From: Macrostomum hystrix
Lineage: Eukaryota; Animalia; Platyhelminthes
Assembly (NCBI GenBank): GCA_950097015.1
Contig: CATNEN010000002.1
Coordinates: 6,324,001 to 6,388,000, forward strand
Reading direction: 5' to 3'
Length of the DNA stretch: 64,000 nucleotides
Shown: positions 10,801 to 21,623 of the stretch, in pieces
Layout: each line of letters opens with the position of its first letter
How positions within the stretch are numbered: the first letter of the stretch is position 1
Position numbers and translations under genes: made by a program
The notes under the pieces: generated by a model
Database searches by the model: none
What the model was told of the DNA's origin: nothing
What the model saw: only the letters and a program-made list of their open reading frames with translations

Positions 10801-11990
10801 TCCTTTGATGTCACAGAATTTTTAATACTATCATCTGATGATTGATGACCATGGTGGAGATCAGGAGGGTGCAGGGCCCAGGAGGAAGCCAGTGCCGCCC
10901 TTTTATTGAGGGTGTTTGTGTCGTTGTTCAGTGACTTCCTAAGAACTTACAAAGAAGAACTTAGACATTTTGTCCAGCGTTGAATTGACAATCCTGGAGG
11001 TGGGGCGTGAGCTAGCCCTATAGCTTCTAGCAGAATTGACGCGAATTCTGAGCCTTCTCAGTCCTGACCGGCCTCTTAAATTCATGGATTACTCCTCGAT
11101 AGCCGGTCTGATGCAATGGGCTCTTAAATTTGTTTGCTCTGTGGTCGCGCACTCATCCGCGCATTGGCACGAATAAAATAGTGGTTGGTTTTTTTAACAC
11201 CAATGGGCTGTCTTCAGGGCGAACCTGAAAGCTTCCTAATCAGTGCTTCTGACGTTCTGTATCTATGTGAAGTTGCGCGACCACCAGATAAAAGTAGAGG
11301 AACTTATAATCAGAGAGAGAGTTTGTGAGTTTTCCGTGCTTCTTGGTGCCACTTCAGATGTGGCAGAAGCTCGTGTAGGGTTCGGCTGCACTACGAGATG
11401 ACTCGTCGATGAAGATGGGATCGTCCGCCTAGGCCGATCTACCACGCTCACTGGGCGGCCTGCCAGGAGCTAGACGATGAGCGCAGCGTCGATGATGCGC
11501 CAGGCACTGTCGAGCAGCTCGGCCTCGAGGTCCTGCTCTTCCTTAAAAACGATAACCGCGCGTTGGAGCATGGAGTTGCTGACATTGGAGCCATGGGACT
11601 CCTTGGTTTATGACTGGACGGTAGGAGGCTCGCTCGCCACCCCAGCAGCTGCAGCGGCTCCTGATGTGCTCGCTGGCTGGTGCGCCTTGATGCATTTGAA
11701 ACATTTGATACATCTGAAAGCCTTTTTGGAATCGCCGATAATTTCTTAACCGTGTTTTTTTCTCTTGTTTTTCCCTCAACTTCTCGCCTCAATCCTAATC
11801 TTCGTGCCAGTGATGAACATGTATTCCGCTGACCCTATTTACTCTCAATATCAAATCATTCGTTTCGTTCAAATGTTCGGTTTCATCTTCAAACCAATTT
11901 AAGCTGTCCTGATCGAATATTGTTGAACGCTTTTTATCAATAAAAAATGTCGCTCAATATCGGCAAATAAGCTTCTTGCCAGTGCGAAAT

Positions 11991-12032
<42 letters not shown>

Positions 12033-12060
12033 TTACTACTACTACTACTACTACTACTTT

Positions 12061-12101
<41 letters not shown>

Positions 12102-12129
12102 TTACTACTACTACTACTACTACTACTTT

Positions 12130-12169
<40 letters not shown>

Positions 12170-12173
12170 GCTG

Positions 12174-12236
<63 letters not shown>

Positions 12237-12237
12237 T

Positions 12238-12282
<45 letters not shown>

Positions 12283-12362
12283 TACTACTACTACTACTTC
12301 TACTACTACTACTACTACTACTACTGCTACTACTACTACTACTACTGCTACTACTACTACTA
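11991..12362. repeat. Long imperfect (CTA)n microsatellite
   Basis: About 370 bp of CTA with CTT/CTG interruptions; source of the poly-L and poly-S ORFs. Confidence 0.98.
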
Positions 12363-13323
12363 GAAAAACTGGGAGCTAGGTTCTTGCAGAGCAATGTTGG
12401 CTTTCTTTGTCAGCAGGGTCTTCGACAAGACTCGCTGAATATCTTGACGATGCTGCCTCGGTCGGCTCTGGAAGGTCGCAAAGGGCTGAAAATTATTATA
12501 CATGATTTCACGAAACTTTGTCATTCGGTTTGGGAGCTTTGAACTACCCCGTGGTCCAGTGGGTAAATAGTGTGGTCCTTCCACTGTCAAGGAATAGCAC
12601 TTAATTGTACGACAATTTAGAAGGCTCTGAAAAGTGACACGCAAACAACCGTTTGAGCACTCGAGTATAACTTTGTTCGCTTGTTTAGCTTCTTGGTATC
12701 AGGGAACTGCTACTTTTATAGATTTCAAATATATACTAATGTTCGAGTCTCTCTACTCGTTACAGTAGAGTTTTCCGGGCATGATGATTTCAATTCTGAT
12801 ATGTGAGAGATATTTTGCGCTGTCATTCAATTCTGTCCTTGTTTGTAGCTCGTGAACACATTATTATGAAGTTTTACACCTTGCGTTGTTGGTTTTACAT
12901 ATCCTTGTTCTGTTCATACACAATACATGAATACATTATCTTCTGAGCCACGTCATACACAAGTGAATTACCTTGAATAAATGGCGGATCGTTTTAAACA
13001 GAGCAAGTGCAAAACACAGATCTCGCAAAAGATTCTAAAATTAAACCTTTATTTTTTATAACGAGGCTCCACGTTTTCCTGTCCCAGTTTCTTCCCAAAA
13101 CTGCTTTTGCAGCTCGTTCTTCTATTTCAGAAGAACAGGCAATCCATTTTCCTGGAACTAAATCTAAGAAAAACAGCAACGACACTTCGTGTCGAAAGTA
13201 GACACAGTCGACACAACAATAAGTCACAGAATCACTAACATTGACTGTAAAAATATCGAATGGGAAATTAGTGGTGAAGCAAAGCCAGTAAAATGTGCGC
13301 TCAAAAAGTAAGCAAGTTTAACC

Positions 13324-13669
13324 ATAATAATAATAATAATGATTGCTGGCTGAATAATATTATTTGTAATGGCACATCCTTTGGTCACTAGACCCCAGCG
13401 AGGAGGCAATTCTGCCCATTTCGCTGACTCCTGAGCACACACGCACACAGATACTGTACGCAGGCACACGCTCACACAGGTGTGTACATCTGCCATGACT
13501 TTCTCATTGTCAGGCAGTGTACACTCTTACTGTGCCTTGGAGGTTGGCCCTCAATGGCGTCAATTGCACGACAAATGGCCCTAAATAAATGTGGCCTCGC
13601 CGTGGAATCGAACTTAGGGACCTTGGTGCGAGAGAGGCAAATGCGTTAACCGCTCAGCCATTCACCCCC
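13324..13669 (-). mobile_element. tRNA-derived SINE with (ATT)n tail, copy 1
   Basis: The minus strand starts GGGGGTGAATGGCTGAGCGG (A box) and continues to GTTCGATTCC (B box). The body is shared with 39865-40221; tail at 13324-13340. Confidence 0.75.
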
Positions 13670-14317
13670 CACCCGAGTTCAACCATAGATAGCCATCAGA
13701 GTTGACGATTCAGGGTAAATTATAAATTTACAATAATATCAACAGCGCACACTTCGCATAGCAAGGTTTTGTTGCCGATCCACTATCACAAACCTTAGCC
13801 AGGCCTGTTTATGCAGTTCCTCATATTAGTACCTGACTGCCCCCTGCCCAATGAGCCGAAATCGGCTAGACAGCGGCTAGACTGTCGTCTGGGACTTCGG
13901 TTGAAGTGGGACCAGGTGGCAGTCCCGAGAACAGGAAGAGAAAGAAAGCAGCAAAGGTGGGATAGCTTTGTCTTCGCGTGCGAGTGACGGCCAGACGTAA
14001 AATACGGTGCGTAAAAACACAGTGCACAAACAGAAACGCTACGATCAGCCGATAGGGATAACAGGTGTGGGCCCATACGCATGGGATAATTAAAAATGGA
14101 TCAAGTGGCTCAAGCAGACCCAATGGAAATCTTGACGTGGACTTGAGGAGTACTATAACGAAGCCGTAGGGAAGGCAAGACCGTACCTGATGAATCGACT
14201 GAATGAGACCTGAGAAATTATTCGTTTGAACAAGACCTGACCTCATGACCTCAAGGTGCCTCAAAGAAAGCTGAAAAGAATGCTGCATTTTTAACCGGAG
14301 GAAATGGCTGAAAGATG

Positions 14318-14520
14318 CCTGAAGTAAATGTTGAATCAGACCTGAGGGAAGGGTTGGACAATGCCTGAAGGAATGCCTGAATGAATGCTGAATCAGACCT
14401 GAGGGAATGGCTGGACAATGCCTGAAGAAATGCTGAATTGGACCTGAGGGAATGGCTGAACAATGCCTGATCGAAATGTTGAATCAGACCTGAGGGAATG
14501 ACTGAACAATGCCTGAAGGA
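14318..14520. repeat. About 45-bp degenerate tandem repeat (GAATGCTGAATCAGACCTGAGGGAATGGCTGGACAATGCCTGAAG)
   Basis: Four to five diverged copies read directly. Confidence 0.8.
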
Positions 14521-15983
14521 AACGCTGAGTGGGACAATTAAGTCAGAAATGACAGGTCTATAGGCGTAGCGTAGCGCATGATGACCGAATTTTTGCTGCA
14601 GCAATGCTCAGTCAGAGCTTGAAATAAAATGTCCCCTTCTACTTTCCTAGTGTCAGCCAGGGCTGGCTACTCAGTCTGAGATTCAGATGGCTCCCGTCCC
14701 GGATTTCCCGGCCCAGTTTCCAGCCGCTCTATTTCCCCTGATCCGTGCGCTTGCTTGGTTGTTTGCTCCTAATTTCGGTCACTCAAATCTGTCTGTCTGT
14801 CTTTGCCATTTTGCCAGTCATCAGTGCACGCGTGTTTGTCCGGAAGCAGCAGGGAGGCAAGGCTATTGAATTTCATCAGCCATTCTGCACGCTCATGCGC
14901 ACAGCTACAGGCAGCCGCGTCAGCGATGGCGCAGTGCGCTGATTGTGATGGAGTTCATTGGGAAGGCAAAGCAGACGGATGGGGGGCAGACTGCTGCACC
15001 CAATAGGCAGTCTTTTTCACACACGATCCAAGCGCCTCCTGCCTTCAAGGTGAAGGGGATTTGGGATTTTCGGGACGTCTTATGAAGAAAAGAATTTAAC
15101 TCGGATAGGGGGCCGGTTGGAGGATCCTAGTGGGGTGGGTGAAGTAAAAGTGCAGACTACAGACATGGAATGGCATGCAGAATGTCCTGTCCTGAAGCTT
15201 GGGGTGAGGCTGGGCCAGACAGGGGACAGGTCTGTGGAGAGGTCTATGACTGGGCGGCAGATAATTTTTCGTCTGTACAACAGACAGAGTCAGCCTAGGG
15301 TAGATATATTATTATCGTTTCGGGACGATAAGCGCCGCATATATAACTAATCCATAGTATGGGACACGAGAGGGGGGAGAAAGCAAAGCCGACAGTCACC
15401 GAGACAGGCGAGAAAGGCTGAAATGGGAGGCGGGAGTGAAGCTTTGCCCACCCCCCACCCGCCGGCCCCTGCGCGATCGGCTTTCGTAGAGTGCACGAGC
15501 ACTGAATTTTTGTCAAAGCCGGGGCTGTGCCTGTGTCTGGCCTGGCTGCGGACCGGACGTGTTGAGGTGGTGGGCGCACTTGAACGGTAGGGGGCTGAAG
15601 GTCGCGGCTAACTATTGCGTAGATTGGACTGCGAAAATATTTGCACTTGAATTGTATAGGTGGACATACGACAGTGATGTCCACTTGAAAATATTCACCC
15701 AGTTTGTTCGAGTTCTAAGAAATAAAAAAGATTAACAAGCGTTCAATAAAAACGGCTTTAGGATTAGGCTAGTGATAAGGAATAAAGAGTAAAAAGTTGT
15801 AACTGCAGCTCAACTGCATGATTTAAACTTGAGTTCATGAGTTCATGAAAATTAATCATGAAGGCAACAATATATCACAGTGAATACAGTAAACAATCCA
15901 CAAAATTTATAGCCAGCTATAAAGCAATAAGCTTGCAATCCCCCCAGCTTAGGCCCCGTGTATGCATGTCAGCATAAAAAGTA

Positions 15984-17355
15984 TTCCGGGTGTCTGGAAA
16001 GTCATGAGAAAACTACAAAAGGTTAATTATAAAAACGCACAGAACAGTGAAACTTTACTAATCAGTAATGTAATTTCCCCTGAAGTCAATCACAGCTTGG
16101 CAGTGCTCCACGAGCCGTAGAACCTCGCGTTTCAAGCAGTTTGCATCCAGACCCCTCGCCCACTGCAACGCGGCCTCGCGGACCTCATCGTGGCTGCTGA
16201 ACTCCCGCTTCGAGAAGTCCGATTTTAGCCAATTAAGGAAAAAACGGTCGCATAAATTGAAATCAGGGCTGAAGGGACTCTGAAAAAGCAGTTGAACTCC
16301 ACGAGTCTCCATGTACTGCTGCACAGGCTGGGCCACACGAGGTCGTGCGTTGTCCCACTGCCACAAGACTTCGGACAGATGAATTGGCTGTGATCTGAGG
16401 CTCCGCCATAGGTCACCTGTGTGTCGAACGAATTCAACGATGCGATTGGCATCAACAGTCTGCTTTGGCGCCGTTGACATGATAGAGAATCGCTTGCTTG
16501 GGGTGAAAGCGACTACCAGCATTGTCTTTGGGTCCCCGACTGAGTGTCTCACAACTTGAGGTCGATGGTCGCCTTGATCCAGCCAGCACCGGTTGTTCTG
16601 CCGTTTACCAGTGTTTTTAAGGTACACCCACGCCTCGTCCTCCACCACGTACTTGTTGCAGAAGCTGGTCATGCCCTCGGTATGAAAAATCCGACGTATT
16701 TGCTTGGCACAATTGACGCGAGCAACCTTGTTCTCCTCGGAGAGAACATGCGGGACCCACACGGCAGACACATTGCGAAGTTGCAGGTCTTCAGTCAATA
16801 TTTCATGCACTGTTGATTTCCCAACCTCCATGAAGTCAGCAAGATCTCTGACGCTCACTTTTGGGTCTTCTTTCACGAGATTTCTGCAGGTCTCGATCAG
16901 CTCTGGTGTTCTCGTCGATCTCGGCCGGCCAGTACGGGCAGCTTGGGCCAGTGGGTACGACTCGTCACGGAACCTTGTGTACCATCGGTACACTGACGAC
17001 AGACCAGGCGCCACATCTCCATGCACTTTCAGCAGTTCTCCATGGCAATCAGGAGCAGATATACCAAGCTTATACCTGGTATAAGCATAAGCTTGAAACT
17101 CGTCCATCTCAAAGCAGCAGCAAGGATCAATGAAGAAAAAAGTAACGATAGATATTTGCTTTGCCTCTGCGTTGCAGTGGCCTAGACTTCTAAGTTATAA
17201 CCATCAGCCTTACCCCCAAATTTGAAGCTAGAATCTAGCTCTTTCAGCCATAGACATATATTAAGTCAAGTGTTAGAATGGTACAGTATCTTGTCAATAG
17301 TTTGTGTCTAAGTAGTTAGAATAACACATTCTCATGACTTTCCGGACACCCGAAG
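15984..17355 (-). mobile_element. Full-length mariner (Tc1/mariner, D34D) DNA transposon
   Basis: 27-bp TIRs (TTCCGGGTGTCTGGAAAGTCATGAGAA at left; 3 mismatches to the right copy), TA duplicated at 15982-15983 and 17356-17357, 1372 bp long. Confidence 0.92.
16058..17107 (-). CDS. Mariner transposase, 349 aa
   Basis: HTH region, WVPHVL, VEDEAWV, WDNARP and FSPDFNLCD motifs; 34 residues between the second and third Asp. Confidence 0.92.
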   Translation of the reverse strand: MDEFQAYAYTRYKLGISAPDCHGELLKVHGDVAPGLSSVYRWYTRFRDESYPLAQAARTGRPRSTRTPELIETCRNLVKEDPKVSVRDLADFMEVGKSTVHEILTEDLQLRNVSAVWVPHVLSEENKVARVNCAKQIRRIFHTEGMTSFCNKYVVEDEAWVYLKNTGKRQNNRCWLDQGDHRPQVVRHSVGDPKTMLVVAFTPSKRFSIMSTAPKQTVDANRIVEFVRHTGDLWRSLRSQPIHLSEVLWQWDNARPRVAQPVQQYMETRGVQLLFQSPFSPDFNLCDRFFLNWLKSDFSKREFSSHDEVREAALQWARGLDANCLKREVLRLVEHCQAVIDFRGNYITD

Positions 17356-18819
17356 TATTAGACAATATTCTAACGTTAAGGAAATAGCGAGTTCCAAGTC
17401 GGTGTGAACGTTGAACTGTGAACATTATTACTCGAATTAGTTTCGGGAGAGGCCGAGGCGCAGGAGACTCATGAAGGCTCTTTGCGTTTAGCGCCCGAAA
17501 TGCCAGTGAGAAATGCCTGTCGGGCTGGTCTGGAAATCAGTCCAAAACGAGGCCTGTGGCCCCATGCCCGCCTGCGTCTCTCTCTCCGACCTCCAACTGT
17601 CTGATTTCCGCCAGACTGAAGACACTTCAGACAGGGCGCGAGAGTAGGTAGGTAGAATTATTTTTCAAGCTGAGAGTGAGAGGGTGGGGATTGAATGTAC
17701 ACGTATTGTACACTTCAAGCGCTCTAAAAACGTAAACCTGTTCCACCAATGCGAGGGCGCCAGACAGGGGGTTTGGCCCAGTGGGGTGGGTTGTAGCCCG
17801 CCACCCCAACGAGCCAGACGGTATTATTTGTGCGACGGATGAAACAAGAAAGGGAGGGCCGCCGCCGGAGAGGGAGGAAATTGTTGCGGATAAAAGAGCG
17901 GACGATACTGCAGGAGCTGCTGACGTTAGCAATTTTACTCTGACAGAGCTGTTTAAGAACTCCAAAGATATCAAGGCTGCACTGTGTCCCGTTTGGCAAG
18001 TTTTGGTGAGTAATCTGATTTTCAAGGAACATTTTTACGTATATTTTAGTGACTAAGTCGAGTTAAGGGCTTACTATTAACAGGGTTGGACCTGTGTTGG
18101 CTAGAAAAAGAACTAGAAAATTCTCTTCTTCTCTTCAGTGATCCTCCATTGCTGGACATTAAAGTACATTGGAACTTCCCTCTGTATCTTCTTCTGTTGC
18201 CGCGAAATAGAATTAACATAAACACTAGCGCAAGGGTGAATGTTGTTTACTGAACAGCTTGCCATTCTGAATTAGCCATGTCTGCCACTTTGGCCCCTTC
18301 ATCTCAGTAGACAAGTATGTGAAGATTGTGTTAGCTTTAAAACTAACACCAGTACTGCCGTAGTGTAGAGTAACAGACACTTGGGCTATAGATAAATATC
18401 TGTAAACTGCGCGGTGATGCGCGGCTTAAGTTTTCGATTTAAACTTCGATTTTAGCTCCGAATTTCGTAGTCAGATAGAAATTGTTTAGCTGAGACAGTT
18501 GCCATCCTTGTTGAAGACTATCTAGGACCAGGTTTTAAAGTTTTCGCTCGCATTGTAATTATGAATTATCTTTTATGATACATCCTTGTTCCATCGTAAA
18601 CTGATTCGCATATCAAATTCTCTTATCCCTGAGACGATAACTTTGCCACAGCTATAATGGCGCAATATATGTATTGTGCAATGCCGCAAAGGGACTGTCA
18701 CAAGTCTCTGTCTGTAGCTACGCTAAGGCAGGTTGCCGTCTCGGGGAAATGAAATTTGATCACTCGCCATCCCTTACAAATTACTTGTTATTTGTACTTC
18801 TAATGCAAGTGGACCGTGG

Positions 18820-20830
18820 ACACTTCTCATGGGACTGGCCACAGTTCTAATGAGAGTGGACACAATTATAATGGGAGTGGACACAGTTCTGATGGGAGTG
18901 GACACAATTATAATGGGAGTGGACACAGTTCTAATGGGAGTGGACACAATTCTAATGGGAGTGGACACAGTTCTGATGGGAGTGGACACAATTCTAATGG
19001 GAGTGGACACAATTCTAATGGGAGTGGACACAATTCTAATGGGACTGGCCACAGTTCTAATGAGAGTGGACACAATTCTAATGGGAGTGGACACGATTCT
19101 AATGGGAGTGGACACAATTCTAATGGGACTGGCCACAGTTCTAATGAGAGTGGACACAATTCTAATGGGAGTGGACACGATTCTAATGGGAGTGGACACG
19201 ATTCTAATGGGACTGGCCACAGTTCTAATGAAAGTGGACACAATTCTAATGGGAGTGGACACAATTCTAATGGGACTGGCCACAGTTTTAATGAGAGTGG
19301 ACACAATTCTAATGGGAGTGGACACGATTCTAATGGGAGTGGACAAAACTCTAATGGGAGTGGACACGATTCTAATGGGACTGGCCACAGTTCTAATGAG
19401 AGTGGACACAATTCTAATGGGAGTGGACACAGTTCTGATGGGAGTGGACACGATTCTAATGGGAGTGGACAAAACTCTAATGGGAGTGGACACGATTCTA
19501 ATGGGAGTGGACACGATTCTAATGGGAGTGGACAAAACTCTAATGGGAGTGGACACGATTCTAATGGGACTGGCCACAGTTCTAATGAGAGTGGACACAA
19601 TTCTAATGGGAGTGGACACAGTTCTGATGGGAGTGGACACAATTCTAATGGGAGTGGACACAATTCTAATGGGAGTGGACACAGTTCTAATGGGAGTGGA
19701 CACAGTTCTGATGGGAGTGGACACAATTCTAATAGGAGTGGACACAATTCTAATGGGAGTGGACACAATTCTAATGGGACTGGCCACAGTTCTAATGAGA
19801 GTGGACACAATTCTAATGGGAGTAGACACAATTCTAATGGGAGTGGACACGATTCTAATGGGACTGGCCACAGTTCTAATGAGAGTGGACACAATTCTAA
19901 TTAGACTGGCCACAGTTCTAATGAGAGTGGACACAGTTCTGATGGAAGTGGACACAATTCTAACGGGACTGGCCACAGTTCTAATGAGAGTGGACACAAT
20001 TCTAATGGGAGTGGACACGATTCTAATAAGAGTGGACAAAATTCTAATGGGAGTGGACACGATTCTAATGGGAGTGGATACAATTCTAATGGGAGTGGAC
20101 ACAATTCTAATGGGAGTGGACACAATTCTAATGGGACTGGCCACAGTTCTAATGAGAGTGGACACAGTTCTAATAGGAGTGGACACGATTCTAATGGGAG
20201 TGGACAAAACTCTAATGGGAGTGGACACGATTCTAATGGGACTGGCCACAGTTCTAATGAGAGTGGACACAATTCTAATGGGAGTGGACACGATTCTAAT
20301 GGGAGTGGACAAAATTCTAATGGGAGTGGACACAATTCTAATTAGACTGGCCACAGTTCTAATGAGAGTGGACACAGTTCTGATGGGAGTGGACACAATT
20401 CTAACGGGACTGGCCACAGTTCTAATGAGAGTGGACACAATTCTAATGGGACTGGCCACAGTTCTAGTGAGAGTGGACACAGTTCTGGTGGCAGTGGACA
20501 CAGTTCTGGTGGCAGTGGACACGGTTCTGGTGGCAGTGGACACAGTTCTGGTGGCAGTGGACACAGTTCTGATGGTATCGGACACAGTTCTGGTGGCAGT
20601 GGACACAGGTCTGGTGGCAGTGGACACAATTCTAATTAGACTGGCCACAGTTCTAGTGAGATTGGACACAGTTCTGGTGGCAGTGGACACAGTTCTGGTG
20701 GCAGTGGACACAGTTCTGATGGTATCGGACACAGTTCTGGTGGCAGTGGACACAGTTCTGATGGCAGTGGACACAGTTCTAATGAGAGTGGACACAGGTC
20801 TAATGGGAGTGGACCTTATAGTTCTGATGG
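18820..20830. repeat. 21-bp minisatellite (TTCTAATGGGAGTGGACACAA), about 95 copies
   Basis: Read directly; the unit variant changes to GGTGGCAGTGGACACAGTTCT after about 20480. Confidence 0.97.
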
Positions 20831-21623
20831 GAGTGTCGTTCGTGGACGCAGTTCTGAGACTTTATCTCACTGAGATAATATCACGAGACCGGTGGGATAA
20901 GAAAATGCCATGTAGAACAAGGATGTGCGATAAACTGATACACATGACAAATGAGCGATGGTTTGCAGCAGTAAGTAGGTTCAAACCATAAATTTACGTA
21001 CACAGATGTTTATTTTACCAATCGAGCCTCTTTAAACTTCAGTGCATTGTTGTTGACAAATTGAGTTGTCTATAGCTTACTTTCTCGTGTGAATTCAGAC
21101 GCTTGGCCATAGAATTCCATGGGCCACTATGTTTTGCCAATGTCCACTGTTCCACATAGCGCGACAAAAGCAATACTTTAATGGGTCAAGTGCTGAACGC
21201 TTGCATGACGAGGTTATTTTCACGCTGCTATATGTGTTGGGAGAACGATAGTCTATGGTCAAAACAGCGTTGTCTGCGTGAGGCAATCAAAAGCGTTGCC
21301 AATAGGCTTGATTTAAGTGACGAGCGTACACTGCAGTGATTAAATACCATAAACCGCAATTTGAAATTGGCGGGTAAACTGCCGTATGTATGAATAGCAT
21401 CAATTTTATTCCTACGGTACCGTACGAATAGCCACTTCCTTGACGCAACTGACGTTACACGGGGTGTCCTCCCATGTAGAGAGAATAAAGAGAGAATATC
21501 GCAACTCCGTGCATATTGGCCAACTCTCAGCCAATTGCATCAAGCAACTCACTGCGAACAAAAGTGGTCAAATTTGAATTGGCTGTAAAGAACGCTGACA
21601 TTCGGGAGTAATTAGCACTAGCT

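Noticed and set aside
11260-11800. Coding-like minus-strand segment (..SMLQRAVIVFKEEQDLEAELLDSAWRIIDAALIV*)
   Set aside because: No recognisable family and no consistent start or splice structure.
11954-12542. Poly-Ser and poly-Leu ORFs
   Set aside because: Translations of the (CTA)n microsatellite.
17627-18056. Short overlapping ORFs downstream of the mariner
   Set aside because: No motif, no partner exons, no element termini.
18774-20991. ORFs of 300-720 aa on both strands (RTVSTPI, MGVDTIL, SGHNSNG, LELCPLP repeats)
   Set aside because: Stop-free frames of a 21-bp unit; no splice or start context. The same applies to ORFs over the arrays at 10.3, 33, 44.4, 45.4, 47.4, 49.1 and 55 kb.
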